Below are positions 39,637 to 49,853 of a stretch of 64,000 nucleotides of DNA, piece by piece. Positions within the stretch are counted from its first letter, which is position 1; every line of letters starts with the position of its first letter. The stretch covers positions 32,001-96,000 of the forward strand of contig CBFGKC010000007.1 of assembly GCA_965649265.1 (NCBI GenBank), read 5' to 3'. The position numbers and the translations under genes are program-made. The notes under the pieces were generated by a model. It had not been told where the DNA came from, made no database searches, and saw only the letters and a list, made by a program, of their open reading frames with translations. Origin of the DNA: a candidate division WOR-3 bacterium (GTDB lineage Bacteria; Hydrothermota; Tepidihabitantia; B3-TA06).

Positions 39637-41055
39637 TTATTTCAGGATAGTTCTCGCTGAAGCGAAGGAATTGCCCGAGACAAGACGGAAGAAGTACACG
39701 CCGCTCGTGGCACGCTCACCGGAATCGGTGGTGCCGTTCCAGGAAACCTGGAACTCGCCCGCGGCGCTCGTTCCCGATACAAGGGTTTTTACGAGCGAAC
39801 CCGAGGCATCGTAGATCCGCAAGGATACTGCGCCCGATACGGGGACAAAGTAGCTGACTGTCGCGTTGGTTGAAAGGATGGGCTCAACAGTAAGGAAGGA
39901 AAGAGGTGTTACGGGGGAGGGCGAGGAGGGTGAGGAGGGTTCTTCAACGCCGGCATAAAGAGCTTCATTGCTCCTCGCGTGGTAGATCTCGGAATCGCCG
40001 TCCGAATTGTTGTAGAAGACTATGTGTCCGATACCTGATGCGTCGCAGGTAAAGAAACGTCCCAGCATTACATAATCATCGAAGCCGTTGTCGGTCACGC
40101 GGCCTGTGCCCCATATGCCTGCGGCATTCGTGGCGTAGAATATCTCCGCGTCACCCGGCTCCACGGCCAGATATGCGATGTGCACCTTGCCCGAAGGATC
40201 GACATAAATAGTCGGGTTGACGTTATGATAAGAGGTACTCGTAACCTTGCTTTCCTGCCAGGTCCCAGTCACGTCATTGGCGTAGTATATCTGGTTAAAA
40301 CTGCCGTCGCTCTTGGCAAAGGTCACATGGGCCTTGTCGTTTCCATCCAGGACGATGAAGGGATAAGAATTCGCGCCAGTGGAACCCGCAACAGGCACAG
40401 GTGAAGTCCATATGCCGGCCGTTTTGTACGTGTAATGAATATGCGAACCGTTTCTGTACACTATACGCGGGTTGCCTGTCTTGTCGAGTGCAAACCAGGG
40501 AAAGACATCGTCGGAGGCGTTATCCGTGACCTGCTCCGATATCCATGAACCTGAGACGTTGTTGGCGTAGAATATTTCCACGTCGCCACCGATATTTTTT
40601 TGATACACTACGTGCGCAAAACCGCTTTGGTCGAGCGCGATAACCGGCCGGTCGTCATCGTTAGCGTCATCTGTGATGCGGGTGGTGGTCCAGGTAGTGC
40701 CGCTGCCGTAACAGTAAGAAACCTCGTTATCCGGGACGTCTTCCCAGTAGTGGGCTAAATAGGCCGTCTGTTCGTTGTACTTGACTGCAATGTCATAACC
40801 CACATCGCCATATGTGTTATCCGTAACCCTGTTAGAGGTCCAAGGACCCGAAAAGTTGTTGGCTACGAATATCTCACGATCAGGGTCAGAGTTGCAATAT
40901 ACCACCAGCAGACCCGATTGTACCGCGGCTATGAAAGGATAGTCATCCATCTCAGTGTTATCCGTGACCTTGTCTATGGTCCACGTTGCACCAATGGACG
41001 GCGTAGCAAGACCGATCATTAACGCAAGAACCGCTACTACGACGTACTTGCTCAT
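39637..41055 (-). CDS. Secreted 7-repeat beta-propeller + FlgD-Ig/T9SS-like CTD, paralog 1
   Basis: Signal peptide, seven W..VTDN..P..LD..H..EI.YA repeats, YDASGSLVKTL..WNG..SGVYF. Confidence 0.88.
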   Translation of the reverse strand: MSKYVVVAVLALMIGLATPSIGATWTIDKVTDNTEMDDYPFIAAVQSGLLVVYCNSDPDREIFVANNFSGPWTSNRVTDNTYGDVGYDIAVKYNEQTAYLAHYWEDVPDNEVSYCYGSGTTWTTTRITDDANDDDRPVIALDQSGFAHVVYQKNIGGDVEIFYANNVSGSWISEQVTDNASDDVFPWFALDKTGNPRIVYRNGSHIHYTYKTAGIWTSPVPVAGSTGANSYPFIVLDGNDKAHVTFAKSDGSFNQIYYANDVTGTWQESKVTSTSYHNVNPTIYVDPSGKVHIAYLAVEPGDAEIFYATNAAGIWGTGRVTDNGFDDYVMLGRFFTCDASGIGHIVFYNNSDGDSEIYHARSNEALYAGVEEPSSPSSPSPVTPLSFLTVEPILSTNATVSYFVPVSGAVSLRIYDASGSLVKTLVSGTSAAGEFQVSWNGTTDSGERATSGVYFFRLVSGNSFASARTILK

Positions 41056-41175
41056 TTGTCGCTCCTTTTTTGGATTAACCATACTTGTTTTGTTTGCTTT
41101 GAAATCCTGCAACTTAGCTGCACTAACTATAAGGTCATTTTACTTGTTGTCAAGAATTCTTATTACTATTAACTT

Positions 41176-41203
41176 TAAAAGGGGGCATCACATGGATGCC
41201 CCC
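41176..41203 (-). terminator. Terminator between paralogs 2 and 1
   Basis: GGGGGCATC..GATGCCCCC with a T-run on the minus strand. Confidence 0.7.
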
Positions 41204-41223
41204 GAAGGAAATGCGTCCGAATC

Positions 41224-42669
41224 CTATCTAAGGATTGTCTTTGCCGACACGACACCGGCAGGCGTTACGAGACGGATAAAGTACACTCCGTTCGTGACCT
41301 TTGAGCCTGAATCTGCAAAACCATTCCAGGCGATGCTGTAGCAGCCTGAGCTGAGAGTTCCATCAACAAGAGTTTTTACGAGCGAACCCGAGGCATCGTA
41401 GACCCGCAGGGATACTGCGCCAGATGAAGGGATTGAGTAGCTGACGATCGAGTTGGAGAAAAGGACCGATTCGACTGTTATTGAAGGGGAGGAGAGGGGT
41501 GTTACGGGGGAGGGCGAGGAGGGCGAGGGGGGCGAGGGGGGCTCTTCGACGCCGGCAAAGAGGTGTTCGTTGCTGTATGCGTGGTAAATCTCGTTGTCAC
41601 CGTCCGAGCTGTTCCAGAAAAAGATATGGCCGACACCCGAAGCATCGCAAACGAAGTAACGCCCCATCACCCCGCCGTCATTGTAACCGTTATCGGTCAC
41701 TCGGCCGGTACTCCATATGCCTGCAACGTTGTTCGCGTAGAACATCTCCAAATCGCCCGGTTCCGCGGCAACATAGGCGATATGAGCTTTGGCCGAAGGA
41801 TCAACCCAGATGGTCGGAAAGCCATTGTCATAGCTCGAGGTCGTCACCTTGCTCTCCTGCCAGGTACCCGTCACATCGTTGGCGTAGTATATCTGATTGT
41901 GGACCCCGTCGCTCTTTGCATACGTGACATGCGCCTTATCGTTTCCATCCAGGACGATGAAAGGGAATGAATTCGCGTTAAACCCGCCCGCCACCGGCAC
42001 CGGGGTAGTCCAGATGCCGGCCGTCTTGTAGGTGAAAAAAAGCTGTATGCCGTTGGGTCCATCGTTCACGTAGACTACCCTGGGGTTGCCTTGTTTGTCC
42101 AGCGCAAACCATGGTACTACATCATTAGTGTTGTTGTCCGTGACCTGTTCGGATACCCATGAACCCGTGACGTTGTTGGCGTAGAATATCTCCCAGTCTG
42201 CGCCTATCAATTTCTGATAGATCACATGCACGAACCCTGAATTATCCAGCGCTATGGAGGGCCATGCATCGTCGGCAGCGTCATCGGTGATGCGGGAGAT
42301 GTTCCAGCTTGAACCCGAACCGGTGCAATAGGATATCTCCTGATCGGGTGCGTCCACCCACCAGACCGGGATATGGGCTGTTTGTTCGTTATATCTTGCC
42401 GCGATATCGAAACCCAGATCACTATAAGTATTATCGGTAACCCTGTTTGAGGTCCACGTACCCGAAAAGTTGTTGGCTACAAAGACTTCGTTGTCGGCAT
42501 CGTAAAGTGTATATACCACGATCAGACTCGACTGGACCGCGGCCACAAAGGGATTAACATCCGATTCCGTATTGTCTGTGACTTTTTCAATTGTCCATGT
42601 GACCGCAAGCGATGGGTAAGCCAGGCCGGAAATCAGGAATATGGCGCTTACTAAGAGGCACTTACGCAT
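41224..42669 (-). CDS. Secreted beta-propeller + CTD, paralog 2
   Basis: Same architecture; start MRKCLL after AAAGGAG. Confidence 0.88.
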   Translation of the reverse strand: MRKCLLVSAIFLISGLAYPSLAVTWTIEKVTDNTESDVNPFVAAVQSSLIVVYTLYDADNEVFVANNFSGTWTSNRVTDNTYSDLGFDIAARYNEQTAHIPVWWVDAPDQEISYCTGSGSSWNISRITDDAADDAWPSIALDNSGFVHVIYQKLIGADWEIFYANNVTGSWVSEQVTDNNTNDVVPWFALDKQGNPRVVYVNDGPNGIQLFFTYKTAGIWTTPVPVAGGFNANSFPFIVLDGNDKAHVTYAKSDGVHNQIYYANDVTGTWQESKVTTSSYDNGFPTIWVDPSAKAHIAYVAAEPGDLEMFYANNVAGIWSTGRVTDNGYNDGGVMGRYFVCDASGVGHIFFWNSSDGDNEIYHAYSNEHLFAGVEEPPSPPSPSSPSPVTPLSSPSITVESVLFSNSIVSYSIPSSGAVSLRVYDASGSLVKTLVDGTLSSGCYSIAWNGFADSGSKVTNGVYFIRLVTPAGVVSAKTILR

Positions 42670-42695
42670 GTTACTTCTCCTTTTTGTATTCAGGC

Positions 42696-44096
42696 TTATT
42701 TCAAAATCGTTCTGGCCGATGCCGAACCTGAACCTGTCACAAGGCGGAAGAAGTAAACGCCGCCTGTCGCTTTGGTTCCTGAATCGGTGATGCCGTTCCA
42801 CGAAACACTGAACTCACCGACAGCGCTAGTGCCCGCAACGAGGGTACGAACGAGCGAACCGGAGGCGTCGTAAACCTTCAGGGAAACGGTGCCGGACACG
42901 GGAACGGTATAGAAAACACTCGCATTTGCGGAGATGATGGAAGCGACTTTCAAGAGGGAGGGGGTGGAAGGCGAGGAGGGCTCGTTTATGCCGGTATGTA
43001 ATGGTTCGTTGCTGTAGGCGTGATAGATCTCATGATCACCATCGGAGTTGTTCCAGAAGAAGATATGACCTACCCGATTGGCATCAATTGTGAAGTAGCG
43101 ACCTACCACTGCCCAGTCGTCTACGGAGTTATCGGTCACTCGGCCTGTACTCCATACCCCGGCAACGTTATTTGCGTAAAAAATCTCCGCATCTCCGGGC
43201 TCTAGAGCCACGTATGCGATATGGGCCTTGGCATAAGGATCAACGAAGATAGTCGGATAGATGTTGCTATAAGTCGTAGTCGTCACCTTGCTCTCCTGCC
43301 AGGTACCTATCACGTTATTGGCATAGTATATCTGATTGAAGCTTCCGTCGTCCTTGGCATAGGTTACATGGGCCTTATCATTTCTGTCGAGGACGATGAA
43401 GGGAAAAGAGTTAGTACCGAATCCGCCGGCGACAGGCACGGCCGTAGTCCAGATACCCGCCGTCTTGTAGGTGTAGAGAAGCTGCCCACCTGTCACGTAA
43501 ACCACATGAGGGTTTCCCAGCTTATCAAGCGCAAACCAGGGAACAATGTCATCAACGGCGTTATCGGTTACCTGTTCTGAAATCCATGAACCGGCCACGT
43601 TATTGGCGTAAAATATCTCTATGTCACCACCGACGTTCTTCTGATAGACCATATGCGTAAACCCGGCTTTATCGAGTGCAATCGAGGGCCAGGCATCGTT
43701 ATCAGCATCATCGGTGACGCGTATGTCGTTCCATGTCGTTCCGGAACCGGTGCAGCATGATATCTCCTGATCGGGCGTATCCTGCCACCAATGGGCGAGA
43801 TGGGCGGTCTGCTCATCATACTTTGCCGCAATGTCGAGTCCGATATCGCTTATCGTATTGTCCGTAACTCTGTTCGAGGTCCATGAACCCGAAAAATTGT
43901 TGGCGAAAAAGATTTCATTGTCAGGGTCTCCGTGAGTGTAGACCACAAAAAGACCTGAGGAAACCGCGGTCACAAACGAAAACGCATCCGGTTCCGTGTT
44001 ATCGGTCACTTTCTCTATTGTCCATGTGGCGCCGAAAGAAGGGATGAATAAGCCACTAGCCAGCATCAAAATTGCTATTACCTGGTATTTGTGCAT
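42696..44096 (-). CDS. Secreted beta-propeller + CTD, paralog 3
   Basis: Same architecture, 466 aa. Confidence 0.88.
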   Translation of the reverse strand: MHKYQVIAILMLASGLFIPSFGATWTIEKVTDNTEPDAFSFVTAVSSGLFVVYTHGDPDNEIFFANNFSGSWTSNRVTDNTISDIGLDIAAKYDEQTAHLAHWWQDTPDQEISCCTGSGTTWNDIRVTDDADNDAWPSIALDKAGFTHMVYQKNVGGDIEIFYANNVAGSWISEQVTDNAVDDIVPWFALDKLGNPHVVYVTGGQLLYTYKTAGIWTTAVPVAGGFGTNSFPFIVLDRNDKAHVTYAKDDGSFNQIYYANNVIGTWQESKVTTTTYSNIYPTIFVDPYAKAHIAYVALEPGDAEIFYANNVAGVWSTGRVTDNSVDDWAVVGRYFTIDANRVGHIFFWNNSDGDHEIYHAYSNEPLHTGINEPSSPSTPSLLKVASIISANASVFYTVPVSGTVSLKVYDASGSLVRTLVAGTSAVGEFSVSWNGITDSGTKATGGVYFFRLVTGSGSASARTILK

Positions 44097-44142
44097 ATTA
44101 CTACTCCTTTTTAGAGTTTGTTCTCATAGTTTCATATCGAAA

Positions 44143-44175
44143 CTGAAGAGGGAATCAAGGGATTCCCTCTTCAGT
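44143..44175. terminator. Hairpin between paralogs 4 and 3
   Basis: ACTGAAGAGGGAATC-AAGG-GATTCCCTCTTCAGT. Confidence 0.7.
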
Positions 44176-44188
44176 CAAAATCATTGCC

Positions 44189-45589
44189 TTAATTCAAAAT
44201 CGCTTTTGCTGATATGGCCGCCGATTTCGTCTCCAGACGGAAGAAATACACGCCGCTGGTGGCGCGTGCGCCTGCATCGGTCAGACCGTTCCAGCTTGCA
44301 CTGAACTCGCCCGGAGCGCTGTTACCGGAAACCAGGGTCTTGACAAGCGAACCTGCCGCGTCGTAGATACGCAGGGAGACGTTGCCTGCTTCAGGAACGG
44401 TGTAGCTGACAGCGGCAGCACCGGCAAGAATGGGTGCGACGGTAATTGAGGCGGGAGCAGAGGTGGTTTTGAACTCCTCAACGCCGGCATAGAGGGGTTC
44501 ATTGCTTTTCGCGTGGTAGATCTCGTTGTCGCCGTCGGAGTTGTTCCAGAAAAACACGTGTCCGATACGATTGGCGTCGCAGGTAAAGTAGCGGCCCAAA
44601 ATCCCGCCGTCGTTGAAACCGTTATCTGTTACACGGCCTGTGCTCCATATCCCTGCGGCATTAGTGGCATAAAACATTTCCCAGTCACCAGGTTCGACGG
44701 CAACATAGGCAATATGCGCCTTGGCCGAAGGATCCACAAAGATGGTCGGGAAAAGGTTGTCATAGGATGTGGTCGTGACCTTGCTTTCCTGCCAGGTTCC
44801 GGTCACGTTGTTGGCGTAATAAACCTGATTGAAGCTTCCATCGCTCCTGGCATAGGTGATATGGGCTTTGTCGTTGTTGTCGAGAACGATGAACGGCAGT
44901 GAGTTGACTCCTCCCCCGATCGTGATAGGCTCGGGCTCGGACCATACGCCTGCGCTCTTCTTTGTATAACCTATGGTTGTACCTCTTACTAAGACTATGT
45001 GAGGATTACCAGTTTTATCGAGAGCAAACCAGGGAGCAACATCATCCACTCCATTATCGGTAACCTGTTCGACCAACCAGGAACCTGAAACGTTGTTGGC
45101 GTAGAATATCTCCCAGTCGCCGCCGATATTTTTCTGAAAAACAACATGCACGAATCCGTTATTATCAAGAGCAATAGAAGGCCAAGCATCATTGTCTGCG
45201 TCGTCGGTGATTCGCGAGACGTTCCAGGAGGTCCCTGAACCCTTGCAATAGGATATCTCCTGATCGGGTACGTCCTGCCACCAGATAGGGATTTGGGCCG
45301 TCTGTTCGTTGTACTTTGCGGCTATGTCGAGGCCGATATCGGAATAAGTATTATCGGTAACCCTGTTGGATACCCATGAACCGGAGAAGTTGTTGGCGAC
45401 AAAAACCTCATTGTCCGCATCGTTGTGGGTATAGACCACCATCAGACCCGATTGCACGGCGGCTACAAACGGATTTATATCCGACTCCGTATTGTCGGTC
45501 ACCTTCTCTACAGTCCACGTTGCCGCGATTGACGGCTGTACGAATGCCGCCATCACGAGCGTTATTATTATCACTGCATACTTACGCAT
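44189..45589 (-). CDS. Secreted beta-propeller + CTD, paralog 4
   Basis: Same architecture, 466 aa. Confidence 0.88.
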   Translation of the reverse strand: MRKYAVIIITLVMAAFVQPSIAATWTVEKVTDNTESDINPFVAAVQSGLMVVYTHNDADNEVFVANNFSGSWVSNRVTDNTYSDIGLDIAAKYNEQTAQIPIWWQDVPDQEISYCKGSGTSWNVSRITDDADNDAWPSIALDNNGFVHVVFQKNIGGDWEIFYANNVSGSWLVEQVTDNGVDDVAPWFALDKTGNPHIVLVRGTTIGYTKKSAGVWSEPEPITIGGGVNSLPFIVLDNNDKAHITYARSDGSFNQVYYANNVTGTWQESKVTTTSYDNLFPTIFVDPSAKAHIAYVAVEPGDWEMFYATNAAGIWSTGRVTDNGFNDGGILGRYFTCDANRIGHVFFWNNSDGDNEIYHAKSNEPLYAGVEEFKTTSAPASITVAPILAGAAAVSYTVPEAGNVSLRIYDAAGSLVKTLVSGNSAPGEFSASWNGLTDAGARATSGVYFFRLETKSAAISAKAILN

Positions 45590-45610
45590 GTTCCTGCTCC
45601 TTTTTGGGTT

Positions 45611-47011
45611 TTACTTCAATATTGTCTTTGCGGACACAGTGGTCGTGCCCGTTGTAAGGCTCATGAAATAGACTCCTCCGGCAGCTTTGCAGCCTGCATC
45701 GGTCATGCCGTCCCAGTTCACGTAAAACTCGCCCGCACTGCAAATCCCGCTGACAAGAGTCCTTACGAGCGAACCTGAAGCGTCGTATACCTTGAGGGAT
45801 AAGTTTGCGGAAACCGGAACGGTGTAAGAAACGATCGAGTTGCCGGAGACGATAGGCGCAACTTTGATAGAAGGGGTGAAGGTGGAGGACGCAAACTCCT
45901 CGACTCCTGCATACAACGGTTCGTTGCTGTAGGCATGGTATACTTCCGCATCGCCGTCCGATGCATTAATGAAAACCATGTGACCTGTACCCTGAGCGTC
46001 ACTTACAAAGTAACGACCCAACCTGACAGCGTCGTCCGTACCGTTGTCGGTAACGCGGCCCGTCGTCCAGATACCTGCGGCATTCGTTGCGTAGAACATC
46101 TCTAAATCACCCGGCTCCGAGGCTTCATAGGCAATATGGGCTTTTGAATAAGGATCCACAAAGATGGTCGGAAAGGCGTTATCGTAGCTCGTGTTCGTTA
46201 CCTTGCTCTCCTGCCAGGAACCTGTAACGTTGTTGGCGTAGTATACCTGGATGAAACTTCCGTCGCTTTTTGCGAATGCGACGTGAGCGTTATCGTCCTT
46301 ATCAAGAACAACGAACGGAAATGTGCTAATACCCATTCCGGAGGCCACAGGCTCGGGCGACATCCAGATGCCTGCCGACTTCCTGGTATAAAAAAGCCCC
46401 GTGCCGCTTAAGTAGACAATATGAGGATTGCCGGCCTTATCGAGCGCAAACCAGGGAAGAAGGTCGTTCACAGCGTTATCGGTAACCTGCTCGGATATCC
46501 ACGAACCGGTCACGTTGTTGGCGTAGAAAATCTCACCGTCGCCGCCGATATTTTTCTGGTATACCATGTGCACGTGTCCGGAATTGTCGAGCGCGATAAC
46601 TGGTCTTTGGTCATCGTTGCCGTCGTCGGTTACTCTCTCCGTACTCCAGCTCGTCGATGAACCCTTGTAATAGGATATCTCGTCATCAGGTGTATCATGC
46701 CAGTAAACGGCTATATGCGCCGTCTGCTCGTTGTACTTCGCGGCTATATCGTATCCGAAATCGTCGCGCGTATTGTCCGTAACCCTGTTAGAGGTCCACG
46801 AACCCGAAAAGTTGTTGGCAACAAAAACCTCATCATCCGGGTCGCGATTGGTATACGCAATCAAGAGTCCCGACTGAACAGAGGCAATGAATGGATAGAC
46901 GTCTATCTCAGTGTTATCGGTAACTTTTTCAATAGTCCATGTAGCACTTGTCATGGGGACAACAAATATGACCGAAAGTATGAAAGCGGAAAGCACCACG
47001 TGCTTGTTCAT
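45611..47011 (-). CDS. Secreted beta-propeller + CTD, paralog 5
   Basis: Same architecture, 466 aa; AGGAGG SD. Confidence 0.88.
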   Translation of the reverse strand: MNKHVVLSAFILSVIFVVPMTSATWTIEKVTDNTEIDVYPFIASVQSGLLIAYTNRDPDDEVFVANNFSGSWTSNRVTDNTRDDFGYDIAAKYNEQTAHIAVYWHDTPDDEISYYKGSSTSWSTERVTDDGNDDQRPVIALDNSGHVHMVYQKNIGGDGEIFYANNVTGSWISEQVTDNAVNDLLPWFALDKAGNPHIVYLSGTGLFYTRKSAGIWMSPEPVASGMGISTFPFVVLDKDDNAHVAFAKSDGSFIQVYYANNVTGSWQESKVTNTSYDNAFPTIFVDPYSKAHIAYEASEPGDLEMFYATNAAGIWTTGRVTDNGTDDAVRLGRYFVSDAQGTGHMVFINASDGDAEVYHAYSNEPLYAGVEEFASSTFTPSIKVAPIVSGNSIVSYTVPVSANLSLKVYDASGSLVRTLVSGICSAGEFYVNWDGMTDAGCKAAGGVYFMSLTTGTTTVSAKTILK

Positions 47012-47233
47012 TAGTCTTCCTCCTACGGTTTAAGATTTCATCACTTGTTTTCTTTCTCAAGCCTCCGTCAGAGTGGAGAAAACGCCTCCTCTTAGATGCC
47101 GCGCCCGACGCTTCTCCGAAGCATAACTGGTTGCGAATCTTAAGCGGTAATCTGTAACTGTTATTAGTTTAAAGATATTCTTAGTTTTGTCAAGAGAAGG
47201 TTTATGGGATTGAGAATGCGTCGCTTCTGCGGA

Positions 47234-48016
47234 TTATCTGAGGTGATTCAGAATGGGCATCCCCTCTCCGGCGTATACGATATCGGCGAGTTTGCGATCG
47301 ATATAGGCCTCGGCGGAGGCGACGGCATCAACAAGTGACGATCCTCTGGCTAGATAGGCTGTGATTGCCGCGGAAAGAGCGCATCCCGAGCCGTGGACGT
47401 TCTTGAAGCCACGTCTGGGTTTCACGAACCTGCGAGCGTCCGTCTTGGTAAGGAAGAGGTCGACAACCTGATCTTCCATAAGGTGACCGCCCTTGATAAG
47501 AACCCCTTTTGCGCCCATTTCCATGAGCTTGCGGGCAGCCCCCTCAAACATACTGCTCTGTGTAATCGAGGAGCCTGTGAGCGCCTGAAGCTCGGGGACG
47601 TTCGGGGTAATTATCGCGGAGGACGGAATGATCTGGGTTTTGTAAAATTCGATGTCCTGCGAATCCGCGAGCAGGAAACCGGTGCCCGAGGCGAATATGG
47701 GATCGACCACCACTGGAAAGGATACGCGATTGAGGAAAAGGGCGACCTGGCTCAGGCACTCTTTTGTCAGAAGCCCCGTCTTTGCGGCCTGAGGGCTTCT
47801 GTCTTCGAGGAGGCAGCTTATCTGTTCGGCAACAAGCACGCCGTCAAGATTGAACGAACGTCGCATGCCGAAGGTGGACTGAACCGTAATAGCGGTAACG
47901 CATGAAAAACCGTGCACTCCGAGTTCCGTGAAGACCTTCAGATCCTCCTGGATGCCGGCACCGCCCGAGGGGTCCGAGCCGGCGATAGTGAGAGCGATTG
48001 GAACCTTAGCGTTCAT
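47234..48016 (-). CDS. thiD: Hydroxymethylpyrimidine/phosphomethylpyrimidine kinase
   Basis: LTIAGSDPSGGAGIQ, VVDP, TPNVPE, KGGH, HGSGC. Confidence 0.93.
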   Translation of the reverse strand: MNAKVPIALTIAGSDPSGGAGIQEDLKVFTELGVHGFSCVTAITVQSTFGMRRSFNLDGVLVAEQISCLLEDRSPQAAKTGLLTKECLSQVALFLNRVSFPVVVDPIFASGTGFLLADSQDIEFYKTQIIPSSAIITPNVPELQALTGSSITQSSMFEGAARKLMEMGAKGVLIKGGHLMEDQVVDLFLTKTDARRFVKPRRGFKNVHGSGCALSAAITAYLARGSSLVDAVASAEAYIDRKLADIVYAGEGMPILNHLR

Positions 48017-49853
48017 CGATCGGAATGTATCCTTTCTGCTTGCCTTTGTTGAAGGCAAACCCCGGATTATGTTTATGGCAAGCCAGACATCTCCTGGCTT
48101 CGTCGGTATCGTCACCCTTTTTCAAACCGCACAGCGTTTCTTTTGAGAGTTCTAGCTTCTTGTAGGAGGTTTGCTCCTGAATTCTCGCTTTAAAGGCCGG
48201 ATTCTTTACCGTCCATGCGGCGCCGGGCAACTTCTCGATTTCGGACTCGGGATCGAACTCTCCGAGACGTTCAAAGAAAGACCCCAGGAACCTGGGTCGA
48301 AGGAAGTAGTCTATGGATCGGGCGGCGGCGAGACCGTCACCTGAAGCTTCGACGACGGTGGAGGGTCCGCGAACCGCATCCCCGCCTGCAAAAATCCTGC
48401 GCCTCTTGATTCTCTGATGACGGTTGATTTCCAGTCTACCGTCTACATCGACGGGAAGGTCGAGCCTGTTAAGGAACTCGATATCCGGCTCCTGACCGAC
48501 GGCGACGATGACGGCCTTGACCTCCTCATCCCACTCATCGCCCGGGGACGCAACGAGTGCTGAGCCTCTTCCCTTTTCACGATCGCTCAAGGTCATGTGG
48601 GTAAACCTGATCTTCTGGACGTGCTTCTTGCCGGAGAACTTGAGAGGGGCTGCAAGGAAATGAAACTTGATACCTTCCTTCTCGGCCTCCTCTATTTCCA
48701 ATTTGTAGGCGGGCATGTTCGCCCGCATGCGGCGGTAGAAGACAGTCACTTTTTCCGCACCCATTCTTAATGCGACTCTTGCAGAATCGACGGCGGTATT
48801 CCCTCCCCCAAGGACGGCAACGTGTCCGGACAAGGATTTGACCTTGCCCACGCACACGTTTCTGAGAAATGTGAGACCGGGGATCACGCCCTCAAGGTCC
48901 TCTCCCTCTATGAAAAGTGGCCTTGGTTTTGAAGCGCCCAGGGCCAGGTAAACGGCGCCGTAGGAGCGCTCGAGTTCGTCTAGTGAGATGTCCTTGCCGA
49001 GCGTCCTGTTCGTGAGGATAGTGATCGAGGGGTTCGAGGAAAGGATGTAGTCAATATCGGACTGAACAACCTCACCCGGAAGCCTGAAACACGGGATGAT
49101 ATCGCGGAGGATTCCGCCGGGCTTTGGTTCCGCTTCGAAGATATCGACCTTGTAACCACGTTGAGCGAGGAAGTGCGCGCAGGAGAGTCCTGACGGTCCC
49201 GCGCCGACAACGGCAACCTTCCGTTTAGAATTAATGGTGGAGTGGTCCGAAGGAGAATTCTTTTCGGAAGGGGGAGGGGAAGGGAGCTTGTGTGTTACGG
49301 GTGTTACGGGGGAGGAGGGTTGTGTTACGGGTGTTACGGGGGAGGCGGCGCGCTTGAGGGCGCGGATTGCGATTGGTTCCTCGATGCGGGTGCGCGTACA
49401 GACTTCCTCGCAGGGCGCAGGGCATATGCGTCCGAGTACGCCGGCAAGCGGCGCTCGGGAACGGATGAGTTCGAGAGCATCCCCGTGGCGACCGGCGGCA
49501 ACAAGAGCAACGTAACCGGGAACGTTAATTCCTGCAGGGCACGCGGTCTTGCAAGGCGCTTCCTCGAGTCTTGGCCCGCGATAGGCGTCGTAAGCGGTAA
49601 GTATGTAGTAGAAAGCAAAGGTCACCGACCAGACTGGCCACAAGAGCCAGCCCAGATCGGGCCTGAGGCCGTTCATGACAACGGCGAAGGCGACGAATGA
49701 TGCATCAAGCACCAGCGCGGCTATGGCCATGCCTATCCTTCCTCTTACAAAATGACCTATCCCCGGGACTACGAGGGAGACAATGAGTGCCGCCAGTCTT
49801 TTTTTACGTTCCAGTTTGATTTTTTCCCCTAAAAGATTGCCATCAGAACCCAT
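48006..49853 (-). CDS. GltD/SudA-like Fe-S flavoprotein with an N-terminal membrane domain
   Basis: PC..ACPAG, GRICPAPCEEVC, VGAGPSGL, GGGNTAVD, AGGD; N-terminal PGIGH..DAY hydrophobic region. Confidence 0.85.
   Translation of the reverse strand: MGSDGNLLGEKIKLERKKRLAALIVSLVVPGIGHFVRGRIGMAIAALVLDASFVAFAVVMNGLRPDLGWLLWPVWSVTFAFYYILTAYDAYRGPRLEEAPCKTACPAGINVPGYVALVAAGRHGDALELIRSRAPLAGVLGRICPAPCEEVCTRTRIEEPIAIRALKRAASPVTPVTQPSSPVTPVTHKLPSPPPSEKNSPSDHSTINSKRKVAVVGAGPSGLSCAHFLAQRGYKVDIFEAEPKPGGILRDIIPCFRLPGEVVQSDIDYILSSNPSITILTNRTLGKDISLDELERSYGAVYLALGASKPRPLFIEGEDLEGVIPGLTFLRNVCVGKVKSLSGHVAVLGGGNTAVDSARVALRMGAEKVTVFYRRMRANMPAYKLEIEEAEKEGIKFHFLAAPLKFSGKKHVQKIRFTHMTLSDREKGRGSALVASPGDEWDEEVKAVIVAVGQEPDIEFLNRLDLPVDVDGRLEINRHQRIKRRRIFAGGDAVRGPSTVVEASGDGLAAARSIDYFLRPRFLGSFFERLGEFDPESEIEKLPGAAWTVKNPAFKARIQEQTSYKKLELSKETLCGLKKGDDTDEARRCLACHKHNPGFAFNKGKQKGYIPIDER

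Noticed and set aside
39637-47011. Diversity-generating retroelement targets
   Set aside because: No reverse transcriptase or separate template repeat in the window; differences run along the whole genes, include many synonymous changes and do not look adenine-specific.
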